The notes beneath the pieces were generated by a model, which was not told the DNA's origin, ran no database searches, and was given only the letters and a program-made list of their open reading frames with translations. This document shows, one piece after another, positions 1 through 9,234 of a stretch of DNA of 64,000 nucleotides (its first letter is position 1; every line of letters starts with the position of its first letter). The translations under genes and the position numbers were made by a program. The stretch spans positions 51,887-115,886 of the forward strand of contig JAEUUL010000022.1 in NCBI GenBank assembly GCA_016787485.1, given 5' to 3'. The DNA comes from Bacteroidota bacterium (GTDB taxonomy: Bacteria > Bacteroidota > Bacteroidia > NS11-12g > UBA955).

Positions 1-35
1 AAAAATTCAAAGAATTGTTCACCCATAATATTTTT

Positions 36-2852
36 TTATTTGCTCTGCCTTAACATACTTTTTGTAGCTTTAGCCAACAAACCACTCGTATACTTCTCAT
101 ACAACCCAAACAAATACTCTATCCGTTCGCGTTCATCTGCAAAGGGTTCTTTGCGGTAGCATTTGTCCACGGCTTTGTCCAGGGTTTGGTGGGCTTTGAG
201 CAGGTCTGGCGGCATGGTGAGGGGATTGTACAGGGTGGCCAGGCTGCTGCCGGGGTATTTGGCGCGGGTGTCCAGCACACCCTGTGCAGCTTCCTCAACC
301 GCCTTTTTCTGGGCATCGGTGGGGTTTTCCGGCCAGGGAAAATTATAATAAACCGAAGGCGAATAACTAAAATCACTTTTCATTTTTCCGCCTACTGTAT
401 ATGCCCATCTAACGTGCATTTTAGATTGTAGTACACCGAAAATAAACACATTTGCTCCGGGTATAATTTGCAGTTTATTGCTACAAATGACATCTTTTGA
501 TAAATATCCAATGGGAATATAATCTCTATTTTCTGAACTAACCTCCGGTACAGCGAGATATTCGCTAATGGGCTGTCTATCTTGAGTAAACAATGAAGGT
601 AATTTAGAATATCTTCTAACACTTGCAGTAGGACTGCTATTTCGAAATTCAGTCACTTTTTTAAGCCTTTCCTTTAGAACCCCATTTTTCAATAATAATT
701 CAGATGGAGCTTCCTTTAGCCAAAAACAATATCGATATTTATTATTAATAAATTCGTATGCACCGATATATTTTTTAATAAATGGGATAAGTTCAGGTTC
801 TGTTTGTGAAATAAAGTCGTAATCATCTTTTTCAAGAATTAAATGCCCACCATCAGTAGGCTGGCTCCCTTTAAACATCTCCGGCAATCCATGCAAAGGT
901 TTCGATCTGCTAGAAAGTAAAATATCATTTGAAGCAACTAAATAACTATTTATATTACTAGTAGGTATTTCAATTGGATTATTATTAATTGAATCATATA
1001 TAAATAGCCTAGAACTTTCTGTACGAAGAGCAGTAAAACCAATTATGACAACATGCACAGCCGCATTTCCGCGCGCTTCATTCGACCATTTAAAAGTTTG
1101 ATGAGCAAAATAAATATGACATTTATATTTATTAAAAACATCTGAATACATAATTGGCACTTGCTCCCCTTGAACAATGCTATTTGTGCTAACAAATCCA
1201 ACTTTAGTTAAACCATATAAATTTATATATTGGGCAGCTTTTCTATACCACGCAGCAACAAAATCTAATCTCCCAGCACGTTTTGAATCATTAAAAACAA
1301 AGTGCATATCATTTTGTTGTTCTTCATTTCTCCATTGATGTCCCAAAAACGGCGGATTCCCCATTATATAATCAAACACCTGTTCTCTCTTTTGCCAGGG
1401 AATGGGGTCTATCAGGCTTTGCCAGTCTGTGCGCAGGGCATTGGCATGTACAATGCGTGGCCTGCTGCGCAAGGGAAGGCGGGCAAAATACTGGCCAAAC
1501 ATGTCACTCACCCGCAGATTCATCTGGTGGTCCATGAGCCAAAGGGCAACCTGCGCTATCTGACTGGGGAATTCCTCTATCTCTATGCCATAGAATTGTG
1601 CCACATCGCAACGGATAAAATTGCTTACAGGCACATTCGCATAGCCAGCACTGTTTCCATCCTTTATGCTAAACTGGTCATTCAGTTGCTGTTTTATCAC
1701 TTCCAGTTCCAGCAACCGCAACTCCCGGTAGCTCACAATGAGAAAATTACCGCAACCGCAGGCCGGGTCAAGAAATCGCAGTTCACTGATTTTGTCATGA
1801 AATTTGTTCATGGCACTGCTGCGTTGCCCCTTGTTCTTGTAAGCTTTTATTGCTTCAAACTCAGCCCACAACTCATCCAGAAACAGGGGTTTAATGAGTT
1901 TGAGGATATTCTTTTCACTGGTGTAATGGGCACCCAGGTTGCGGCGCTTTTCTTTGTCCATCACACTCTGAAACAGGCTGCCGAAAATGGCGGGTGAAAT
2001 GCGGCTCCAGTCAAGGCTGCAACATTCCAGCAACTGTTCGCGCATTTTGCGGTCAAATGCGGCCGGTGGCAGGGTTTCTTCAAACAGCTTGCCATTTACA
2101 TAGGCAAAGGCATTGAGTTGTTCATCCAGATTTGTCAGACGCTTTGCCGGGTCTGTGTTCAGCACATAAAACAATTCGGCCAGTTTGGACCCCAGATCGC
2201 TTCCGTCTGTCGCGGTGCGGTCTTCTATGTACGACTGAAACTGGTATTTCTCAAAAATGTTGCTGTCTTCAGCAAACAGGCAGAACAGCAGACGCACAAG
2301 GTACACTTCCAGGGCATGTCCCTCGTATCCGGTAGCCAGCATGGCATCGTGCAGCTTGCCCATCAACTCAGCCGCTTCTATGTTGGCGGGGTCCTGCTCT
2401 TTGTATTGTGTCTGTTCGTACCCGGCAATGAACTTAAACAGATCTACCTTTTCGGGCAGTTCTGCCAACATAATTTCGTGGCTGCTGTCATGGTCCAGAT
2501 CGTACAGGCGCATGCGGGCAAAATCGCTGACGATGATGTAGCGTGGATATTCGGCAGCTTTGAGGCCGGTGAAGTAGTCGGCAGCCTGATCGTAGGCGCG
2601 GTCCAGGTTTTTGCCTTTGCTTTTATGTTCCACCACCAGTTTGCCGGGCCAGAACAGGTCTATATAACCCTGTTTGTCGTTCAGTTTCTTTACAAACTTC
2701 TCAAACATGGCCACCTGCCGGCGTTCCTGCCCGAACACGCGGAAAAAGCCATCCCAGAAGCTTTTGGCTTCGGCGTCTTCATCATAGGCATCGGCCCATT
2801 CACTGGCAAAGACAGCGGCGCGGGTGCGGATTTCGTTGAGGGAGAGGGGCAT
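36..2852 (-). CDS. Type IIG/IIL single-polypeptide restriction-modification enzyme, MmeI family (N-terminal PD-(D/E)xK nuclease + N6-adenine DNA methyltransferase + target recognition domain)
   Basis: The 938 aa length is close to MmeI (919 aa). The N-terminus (MPLSLNEIRTRA...FWDGFFRVFG...IDLFWPGKLVVEHKSKGKNLDRAYDQAADYF) follows the MmeI N-terminal nuclease pattern (D...EXK). SAM-binding motif I is LDPACGCGNFL and catalytic motif IV is MGNPPFLG (NPPF/Y of amino-methyltransferases). Confidence 0.9.
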   Translation of the reverse strand: MPLSLNEIRTRAAVFASEWADAYDEDAEAKSFWDGFFRVFGQERRQVAMFEKFVKKLNDKQGYIDLFWPGKLVVEHKSKGKNLDRAYDQAADYFTGLKAAEYPRYIIVSDFARMRLYDLDHDSSHEIMLAELPEKVDLFKFIAGYEQTQYKEQDPANIEAAELMGKLHDAMLATGYEGHALEVYLVRLLFCLFAEDSNIFEKYQFQSYIEDRTATDGSDLGSKLAELFYVLNTDPAKRLTNLDEQLNAFAYVNGKLFEETLPPAAFDRKMREQLLECCSLDWSRISPAIFGSLFQSVMDKEKRRNLGAHYTSEKNILKLIKPLFLDELWAEFEAIKAYKNKGQRSSAMNKFHDKISELRFLDPACGCGNFLIVSYRELRLLELEVIKQQLNDQFSIKDGNSAGYANVPVSNFIRCDVAQFYGIEIEEFPSQIAQVALWLMDHQMNLRVSDMFGQYFARLPLRSRPRIVHANALRTDWQSLIDPIPWQKREQVFDYIMGNPPFLGHQWRNEEQQNDMHFVFNDSKRAGRLDFVAAWYRKAAQYINLYGLTKVGFVSTNSIVQGEQVPIMYSDVFNKYKCHIYFAHQTFKWSNEARGNAAVHVVIIGFTALRTESSRLFIYDSINNNPIEIPTSNINSYLVASNDILLSSRSKPLHGLPEMFKGSQPTDGGHLILEKDDYDFISQTEPELIPFIKKYIGAYEFINNKYRYCFWLKEAPSELLLKNGVLKERLKKVTEFRNSSPTASVRRYSKLPSLFTQDRQPISEYLAVPEVSSENRDYIPIGYLSKDVICSNKLQIIPGANVFIFGVLQSKMHVRWAYTVGGKMKSDFSYSPSVYYNFPWPENPTDAQKKAVEEAAQGVLDTRAKYPGSSLATLYNPLTMPPDLLKAHQTLDKAVDKCYRKEPFADERERIEYLFGLYEKYTSGLLAKATKSMLRQSK

Positions 2853-2880
2853 TGGGGTTGCAATTTACACAAGCTCGTTG

Positions 2881-2923
2881 TTGATTTTTGTCCCGTCTGC
2901 TATACACTCATAGATTAAATTTG
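2881..2923 (+). promoter_or_regulatory. Putative Bacteroidota-type promoter for the 2939 cassette (TTG ... TAAATTTG, a TAnnTTTG-like -7 element at 2916..2923)
   Basis: TAnnTTTG match taaatttg about 15-20 nt upstream of ATG 2939, with TTG elements at 2881-2890. It lies in the divergent intergenic region between the MmeI-like gene and the cassette. Confidence 0.35.
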
Positions 2924-2938
2924 CTTTTATGAGGCGTA

Positions 2939-3445
2939 ATGTTGCAAATTTGCATAAAGATGAATCCTGAAATAGGCACAACAATTACAAATCAGGAATC
3001 TGGATTTGACCAGATCATAGATCAAGTTGTGGCATATGTGAAAGGCGAGGAACTGGAAATTTCCTCTGGTGTAGCCCCAAGGCATAAGCAAGAGATTTGG
3101 GAACAGTTGTTTAAAGGCAACTTGTTGCCCATGCTAAAATTGCAGCAAAATCAGAACAATGAAGTTTTGGGAGCACAGTTGGCCATTGGCTTTCTAAGGA
3201 GGCTCGTACTAGAATACAAGACAACTCCCCAAAAACTAGCCCTTAGTCAGAAAAACAATAAGGTATATGTATGGGCAGAAATTCAGGATGATGATGAAGC
3301 TTCAATGGATGCTATTCTGGCAGCTACAATAGACACCAACTTTGAGCATCGGGACAGTGGACTTACATTGTCTCCAATGATTGTTGAGCAACGAGAAATG
3401 ATTCCTGTACCTCCGCATTACAAGCTTCTGACCAATTATGCCTGA
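2939..3445 (+). CDS. Hypothetical protein (168 aa; an alternative start at 2960 gives MNPEIG...), first gene of a 2-gene cassette
   Basis: Intact ORF in AT-rich DNA, divergent from the RM gene. Its stop overlaps the start of the next ORF (ATGCCTGA, 8-nt overlap), implying translational coupling. I recognised no conserved motif. Confidence 0.5.
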   Translation: MLQICIKMNPEIGTTITNQESGFDQIIDQVVAYVKGEELEISSGVAPRHKQEIWEQLFKGNLLPMLKLQQNQNNEVLGAQLAIGFLRRLVLEYKTTPQKLALSQKNNKVYVWAEIQDDDEASMDAILAATIDTNFEHRDSGLTLSPMIVEQREMIPVPPHYKLLTNYA

Positions 3446-3914
3446 TTCTTCTTCGCACTTTCGACAGGCTGAAAGAAATCTTAAGGTCGTTGAAGTGCTG
3501 AATTCCAGCCCAGAACATTATTGGGATTGGCAGGTTACAGCCCTGTTTTACTCTGCATTGCATCTGATTAATGGCCACATCATGGAAACCGACGGAGGTT
3601 TTTACAATACACATGCCTCAGTGCAATCGATTATATATTTCAACAATACTGGCAGCAAGGCCAAACTGCCACGTGAGGTAGGTGTTGCATACGAAAAGTT
3701 GCAATTGCTTTCGCGCAAAGCGAGATATTTATATGATCCTGAGGGTAGAAACCTAGGAAATCCGCAATTTGTTGGTGCAGATGGATTTGAAAAAGCAGTT
3801 TATGCATATGAGATTGTTTGTAAGTATATTACCCAGACATATAATGTAAAAGTAGACAGCATCAATATTAGCTGCTTAAAGGCTGGCTGGGAAAAAAGAT
3901 CCCTGCCACTCTGA
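3438..3914 (+). CDS. Hypothetical protein with HEPN-like N-terminal helices (158 aa), second gene of the cassette
   Basis: Residues FRQAERNLKVVEVLNSS...WDWQVTALFYSALHLINGH resemble the first two helices of HEPN domains (A..L..A..L....Y..A..YyA.H...). I found no clean Rx4-6H motif (the nearest is SRKARYLYD). It overlaps the preceding ORF by 8 nt. Confidence 0.45.
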   Translation: MPDSSSHFRQAERNLKVVEVLNSSPEHYWDWQVTALFYSALHLINGHIMETDGGFYNTHASVQSIIYFNNTGSKAKLPREVGVAYEKLQLLSRKARYLYDPEGRNLGNPQFVGADGFEKAVYAYEIVCKYITQTYNVKVDSINISCLKAGWEKRSLPL

Positions 3915-4007
3915 AAACAATAATTTATCAGCATAATAAAAATCGAAAACTCGCCCTGGTTTACTTTTTTGGAAGCGAGTCTTATATTAGATATTTGATA
4001 AATTTTA

Positions 4008-4673
4008 TCAATAAAACAAGAAGCCTAAAACAAGTATTGTTCCTAAGCAACCGTAAAGCAAAGTATTATTAATATCACGTGGTGAAGATCCAGGTACATA
4101 TTCTTTTCTCTCTGTGACTTTAGCCTCTATCAGTTCTAAATCTATATTCTTATAAATTTTTCTTGAATTAATTTCTGCAGCCAATAAAAGTTTAATTTTC
4201 TCTCCTGGCTTCGGAAAAGAATCAGCACTTTGTGACTCTGTTAAATATAAATCCAATACGTCAATATTGCTTGATCTTTTTATATTGCAGTTAGGGAAAA
4301 TAGACTCTGAAAAAGTGCTATTTGCAGGTATTACAGCATTTGGTTTACTTCTGGTTGCATCAATTAATAGGGTCTGTCCACTTGAAAACGAGGTAGCATT
4401 GCCGTAAATTACCATTGAAGAGGAATTCCAAATTAGTTCAATTGGTGATTCTGAAATGTTTCTAAATATACAGTCTAAACTTGATTTACCTACAGAAAAC
4501 TTAACGGTCAATTCGGAATCTCGGTATTCCAAATTTGTGCTAATTGAATCATTAGCTCTAATCCCCCAGGTGTATTTACAGGAAAATACAGTCTTATACT
4601 TTGGCTTTAATGCTGCGCATCCTGTCAAATAAATTGAAATAAGCAAAATGATGGGTGTAAAACAATTCTTCAT
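4008..4673 (-). CDS. Lipoprotein (lipobox LTGC) with C-terminal hydrophobic anchor, function unknown
   Basis: Signal peptide MKNCFTPIILLISIYLTGC; Ser/Asn-rich body; C-terminal LLYGCLGTILVLGFLFY; AT-rich codon usage like the neighbouring cassette. Confidence 0.55.
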   Translation of the reverse strand: MKNCFTPIILLISIYLTGCAALKPKYKTVFSCKYTWGIRANDSISTNLEYRDSELTVKFSVGKSSLDCIFRNISESPIELIWNSSSMVIYGNATSFSSGQTLLIDATRSKPNAVIPANSTFSESIFPNCNIKRSSNIDVLDLYLTESQSADSFPKPGEKIKLLLAAEINSRKIYKNIDLELIEAKVTERKEYVPGSSPRDINNTLLYGCLGTILVLGFLFY

Positions 4674-4726
4674 ATCATGAATATATTTGATTCACTAATG
4701 ACTGGTCAAATATAACGATTATCATA

Positions 4727-4760
4727 AATAATAAAAGGAGGCCATTAAGACCTCCTTTTT
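4727..4760. terminator. Bidirectional rho-independent terminator (aaaGGAGGccattaagaCCTCCttttt)
   Basis: GGAGG/CCTCC stem flanked by an A-run and a T-run, lying between the lipoprotein start and the nrdJ stop. Confidence 0.5.
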
Positions 4761-4781
4761 ATAAATTCACATGATTGTATG

Positions 4782-7700
4782 TTAACTACATCCCAGACTG
4801 TTTCCACAGTTCAGGCATTTGTAGCAGGTGCCGCTGCGCACAGTGATGTGTCCGCACACGTTGCAGGCAGGGGCATCGCTTTGTACCTCACGCAGGTGGT
4901 CCTGCATGTTCTTCACTCCGCCACCGGTTTCCAGCATCGCTTCTTTTGACTCTATCACCGGAACGGGGTTGTTAAATACAGGGATGAACTCACTCACCAC
5001 CGGCGCTTCCTGCGCATCGGGGCTGGTAAACTCGCTGGGTTTCACCTGCACCAGGTCTTCGCGGTTCAGGTATTCAAAGCCAAGCAGGCGGAAGATATAA
5101 TCAACAATAGAGGTAGAATTCTTGATATTCGGGTGACCTTCCACCATGCCGCTGGGCTCGAAGCGGGTAAAGGCGAACTTGTCTACAAACTCTTCCAGGG
5201 GCACACCATACTGCAGGCCTACGGATACAGCAATGCTGAAACAGTTGACCAGAGAACGGAAGCTGGCGCCTTCCTTGTGCATATCTATAAAGATTTCACC
5301 CAGGGTACCGTCATCGTACTCACCGGTGCGCACAAAGATGGTTTGTCCGCCCACCTTGCCTTTTTGCGTAAAGCCTTTGCGCTTGTTGGGCAGGCGTTTC
5401 TTCTCTACAATGTTCGAAAGCTGGCGTTTGAATTTGGTGTCAGGGCTTTCATTCAGGATGCGCTTGGCGGCTTCCAGCACAATCTCCGGGGTCAGCTCTT
5501 CTGCAAAGCGGATCACCTTACCTTCCGTACCGGCTACTGCATCTGATTTGGCTTCTGCTTTCTCGTCTGCTTCTGCGGTTTCAGATTTATTGCTCAGGGG
5601 CTGGCTCAGTTTGCAACCATCGCGGTACAGGGCATTGGCTTTCAGGCCCAGTTTCCAGCTCAGCTCATAGCAGGCTTTGATATCGTCTACAGTGGCTTCG
5701 TTGGGCAGGTTGATGGTTTTACTGATGGCACCTGAAATAAAGGGCTGTGCAGCAGCCATCATACGGATGTGGGCAAAGGGGTGGATGTAGCGCACGCCAA
5801 TGTTTCCGCACTTGTTGGCGCAGTCAAATACAGGGTAGTGCTCCTCTTTCAGATGGGGTGCCCCTTCAATGGTCATGGTGCCTGCTACAAATACGTTGGC
5901 CTCATTGATTTCGGCTTTGCTGAATCCCAGCGCTTCCAGCATATTGAAACGGGGGTCGTTGTACTGCTCTGCAGTGAATCCTATGCGCTGCAGGCACTCC
6001 TCGCCCAGTGTGTATTTGTTGAACACAAAACCGATTTCGAATGCCATTGGGGCTTCGGATTCCAGTTTTTCCAGGTCTGCCTCGTTAAATCCTTTGGCCC
6101 GCAATGATTCGTGGTTGATATGCGGTGCACCGGCAAATGTTTGGTGACCTTTTGCATAGTTTACGATTTCATCCACTTCCTCCGGAGTGTAGCCCAGGTT
6201 TTTCAGTGCAACCGGAACGGTGTTGTTTACAATTTTAAAATATCCTCCACCACTGAGTTTCTTGTATTTCACCAGGGCAAAATCGGGTTCAATACCGGTG
6301 GTATCACAATCCATGAGCAGACCAATGGTTCCGGTTGGTGCAATCACGGTTGACTGTGCATTGCGATAGCCGTAGCGTTCACCCCACTGCAGGGCGCGAT
6401 CCCAGGCATTGCAGGCACTCTTCAGCAGATAATCAGGGCAGTATTTCTCATCAATGCAAACAGGTTTGATTCCCAACCCTTCAAACGCCAGCGGAGTGTT
6501 GTATGCCGCATAGCGGTGGTTGCGGATAACCCGCATCATGTGTTTCTTGTTCTTTTCATACATGCGGAACGGGCCTTTTACAGCTGCCATTTCTGCACTT
6601 GTAGCATAAGCAACACCTGTAAGAATGGCGGTAACCGAGCCACAAATGGCGCTGGCCTCTTTGCTGTCGTAGGGTATACCAGCACTCATCAGCACAGAAC
6701 CCAGATTGGCGTAACCCAGACCCAGTGTACGATAGTCGTAGCTGAGCTGTGCCACTTCCTTGCTGGGGAACTGGGCCATAAGCACAGAGATTTCAAGAAC
6801 AGTGGTCCACAGACGGCTGGCGTATTCCAGAGAGTTCACATCAAAGGTGCGTTCATCTTCACTGAAGAATTTGCGCAGATTGAGTGATGCCAGATTGCAG
6901 GCAGTATTGTCCAGGAACATATACTCACTGCAGGGGTTGCTGGCATTGATGCGGCCACCTTCAGGGCAGGTATGCCATTCGTTGATGGTATCATCATACT
7001 GCATTCCGGGGTCGGCACAGGCCCATGCCGCTTCACCAATGGCATCCCATACTTCCTGTGCAGGCATGGTATGCATTACTTTTCCGGTACTGCGGGCAGT
7101 AAATTCCCAATCCTGGTTGTTCTTCAGTTTGTCGAAAAACCGGTTGGATACACGGATAGAGTTGTTGCTGTTCTGTCCGGATACCGTGTTATAGGCTTCA
7201 CCTTCGTAATCGTTGCTGTATCCGGCTTTAATAAGGGCAGCCACCTTAGCTTCTTCCCCTTGTTTCCATTTGATAAACTCCAAGGCCTCGGGGTGATCCA
7301 GATCCAGACACACCATTTTGGCTGCACGGCGTGTGGTTCCGCCGCTTTTGATAGCTCCGGCAGCACGGTCACCTATTTTAAGGAAACTCATCAGGCCGCT
7401 GCTTGTTCCCCCACCACTCAGTTTTTCTCCTGCACCACGTATACGTGAGAAGTTTGTACCCACACCAGAGCCGTACTTGAAAATACGGGCTTCACGCACC
7501 CACAAATCCATGATACCGCCTTCGTTGACCAGATCATCGTCTACAGACAGGATAAAGCAGGCATGGGGTTGCGGACGTTCGTAGGCAGATGTGCTTTTGG
7601 TGAGTTTTTCAGTCTCAGGATCCACGTAGTAGTGACCCTGAGGTTTGCCTGCAATGGCATAGCTGCTGTGCAGACCTGTGTTGAACCACTGCGGGCTGTT

Positions 7701-8102
7701 GGGCGCCGCTTCCTGGTTCAGCATGGAATAGACCAACTCATCATAGAACACCTGTGCATCCGTGCTGCTGGCGAAGTACCCATACTTTTCCCCCCATTGA
7801 CGCCAGCAGTTGGCCAAACGGTGTACCACCTGTTTTGCAGATGTTTCACTCCCCAGTGAACCATCTGCCTGCGGTACGCCGGCTTTACGGAAATATTTCT
7901 GCGCCATGATATCTGTAGCCACCTGGCTCCAGCCTTGTGGTACTTCCACATTGCGCATTTCAAACACTACGCTGCCATCCGGTTTTTTAATGACCGAACT
8001 GCGCATGTCGTAAACAAATTGATCAAAGGGACTAACGCCTTCTTTGGTGTTCTGCCTTTTAAATTCAAGGCCGTTGGGGTTGAGGGTAAATTCTTGACTC
8101 AT
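4782..8102 (-). CDS. nrdJ: Adenosylcobalamin-dependent ribonucleotide reductase, class II (long form with C-terminal Zn ribbon)
   Basis: 1106 aa; RNR active-site signature [23 protein letters not shown]; C-terminal CNVCGH...CYKCLNCG zinc ribbon typical of NrdJ. Confidence 0.9.
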   Translation of the reverse strand: MSQEFTLNPNGLEFKRQNTKEGVSPFDQFVYDMRSSVIKKPDGSVVFEMRNVEVPQGWSQVATDIMAQKYFRKAGVPQADGSLGSETSAKQVVHRLANCWRQWGEKYGYFASSTDAQVFYDELVYSMLNQEAAPNSPQWFNTGLHSSYAIAGKPQGHYYVDPETEKLTKSTSAYERPQPHACFILSVDDDLVNEGGIMDLWVREARIFKYGSGVGTNFSRIRGAGEKLSGGGTSSGLMSFLKIGDRAAGAIKSGGTTRRAAKMVCLDLDHPEALEFIKWKQGEEAKVAALIKAGYSNDYEGEAYNTVSGQNSNNSIRVSNRFFDKLKNNQDWEFTARSTGKVMHTMPAQEVWDAIGEAAWACADPGMQYDDTINEWHTCPEGGRINASNPCSEYMFLDNTACNLASLNLRKFFSEDERTFDVNSLEYASRLWTTVLEISVLMAQFPSKEVAQLSYDYRTLGLGYANLGSVLMSAGIPYDSKEASAICGSVTAILTGVAYATSAEMAAVKGPFRMYEKNKKHMMRVIRNHRYAAYNTPLAFEGLGIKPVCIDEKYCPDYLLKSACNAWDRALQWGERYGYRNAQSTVIAPTGTIGLLMDCDTTGIEPDFALVKYKKLSGGGYFKIVNNTVPVALKNLGYTPEEVDEIVNYAKGHQTFAGAPHINHESLRAKGFNEADLEKLESEAPMAFEIGFVFNKYTLGEECLQRIGFTAEQYNDPRFNMLEALGFSKAEINEANVFVAGTMTIEGAPHLKEEHYPVFDCANKCGNIGVRYIHPFAHIRMMAAAQPFISGAISKTINLPNEATVDDIKACYELSWKLGLKANALYRDGCKLSQPLSNKSETAEADEKAEAKSDAVAGTEGKVIRFAEELTPEIVLEAAKRILNESPDTKFKRQLSNIVEKKRLPNKRKGFTQKGKVGGQTIFVRTGEYDDGTLGEIFIDMHKEGASFRSLVNCFSIAVSVGLQYGVPLEEFVDKFAFTRFEPSGMVEGHPNIKNSTSIVDYIFRLLGFEYLNREDLVQVKPSEFTSPDAQEAPVVSEFIPVFNNPVPVIESKEAMLETGGGVKNMQDHLREVQSDAPACNVCGHITVRSGTCYKCLNCGNSLGCS

Positions 8103-8451
8103 GGGTTCTGCTTTAGAGGGTTGGTGTCAATTACGTTTGGTAAAACGTTTGAGGGATTCAAAACTATTCAGGGTCTGTACTGATTCACGAATTGGTTTTT
8201 CCACAGGAATCCGAGAATCCCAATGGCAGTGCAGCCCCACACCTGTTGAAAACGCAACAAGCCCAACAGGGACGCGGATTCTGACGTAACACCCTGATTT
8301 ACAAAGGCCGCAGGCAATATAGCCTTAACACTTACCGGTCAACCTGCTGTTTTACACAGCCGAATGAACTGTTTGGAAAACTGTAATTCCGGGTAAAGCC
8401 CGGTTCAGCGCGTACCTCTGCTCTATTTTCTTTTTCTTTGCACTTTAAATC
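8103..8451 (-). promoter_or_regulatory. Long (~350 nt) 5' leader/divergent promoter region of nrdJ; possibly a structured regulatory RNA
   Basis: Unusually long untranslated gap before nrdJ. The minus-strand transcript contains ...cagGGTGttacgtcagAATCCgcgtCCCtgttggGC...gCaCTGcca..., loosely reminiscent of cobalamin-riboswitch core elements but not a convincing match. Confidence 0.3.
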
Positions 8452-9213
8452 ATGTCTAAGCCTGTCCTTTCACGGCTGCAATCTTTGCACCAACAACACC
8501 GCAAAAGCCTTGCCGTACTCTTCGATCCGGACGATTCGGCAGAGGATATGACAGAAGTATTGGAAACCGCACTGCTGCATGGTGTTGAGTTGTTTTTCGT
8601 GGGTGGAAGTCTGCTTACCCGCGGAAGAACAGAAGCATGCGTGGAACTGCTGAGAAATGGCGGTGCGCCTGAGGTTGTGTTGTTTCCGGGAAATGAAATT
8701 CAGGTGGTAAAGGGTGCTGACGCCATCTTGTTTATGTCTCTTATCAGCGGGCGCAACCCGGAATTTCTCATAGGGAAACAGGTGAATGCTGCTCCATGGG
8801 TTCAGGCTGCAGGCCTGGAAGCCATACCCACCGGCTATATGCTCGTAGACAGTGGCCGGATGACCAGTGCCGCCTACATGAGCCACACACTACCCCTGCC
8901 TGCCGACAAACCGGATATTGCAGCAGCAACTGCACTGGCGGGCGCACTGATGGGTCAGGCGGTAACGTACCTCGATGCCGGAAGCGGCGCCCAGAGCCCG
9001 ATACCCGCTGAGCTTATCCAGAGAGTGCGCAAAACAGTGAACACAGTACTCATAGCAGGAGGCGGTATCCGCACTGCAACAGAAGCCGCCAGTGCATGGG
9101 AAGCCGGCGCTGACATTGTGGTTGTAGGCAATGGGGCCTTTGCAAAGCCAGATGTAATCAGGGAAATTGCCGTGGTGTTGCAAAAAGTAAACACTGTGCC
9201 GGCAGTAGTGTAG
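8452..9213 (+). CDS. Geranylgeranylglyceryl/heptaprenylglyceryl phosphate synthase family protein (PcrB/GGGPS, TIM barrel)
   Basis: Motifs matching PcrB/GGGPS: FDPDD, FFVGGS, PGNEIQVVKGADAILFMSLISGRNPEFLIGKQV, IPTGYMLVDSG, YLDAGSG, LIAGGGIRT...ADIVVVGNGAF. Confidence 0.8.
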   Translation: MSKPVLSRLQSLHQQHRKSLAVLFDPDDSAEDMTEVLETALLHGVELFFVGGSLLTRGRTEACVELLRNGGAPEVVLFPGNEIQVVKGADAILFMSLISGRNPEFLIGKQVNAAPWVQAAGLEAIPTGYMLVDSGRMTSAAYMSHTLPLPADKPDIAAATALAGALMGQAVTYLDAGSGAQSPIPAELIQRVRKTVNTVLIAGGGIRTATEAASAWEAGADIVVVGNGAFAKPDVIREIAVVLQKVNTVPAVV

Positions 9214-9234
9214 TATTTATTCTTCACCCAATAC

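Noticed and set aside
1302-2918. Long antisense ORFs (231 aa and 266 aa) on the + strand inside the MmeI-like gene
   Set aside because: They overlap a gene with unambiguous family motifs on the opposite strand, have no motifs of their own, and show the typical shadow-ORF behaviour of GC-rich coding DNA.
8103-8451. Confident call of a cobalamin riboswitch upstream of nrdJ
   Set aside because: The match to the B12-box/core is only partial by eye, and a B12 riboswitch on a B12-dependent RNR is biologically atypical. I kept it only as a low-confidence finding pending an Infernal search.
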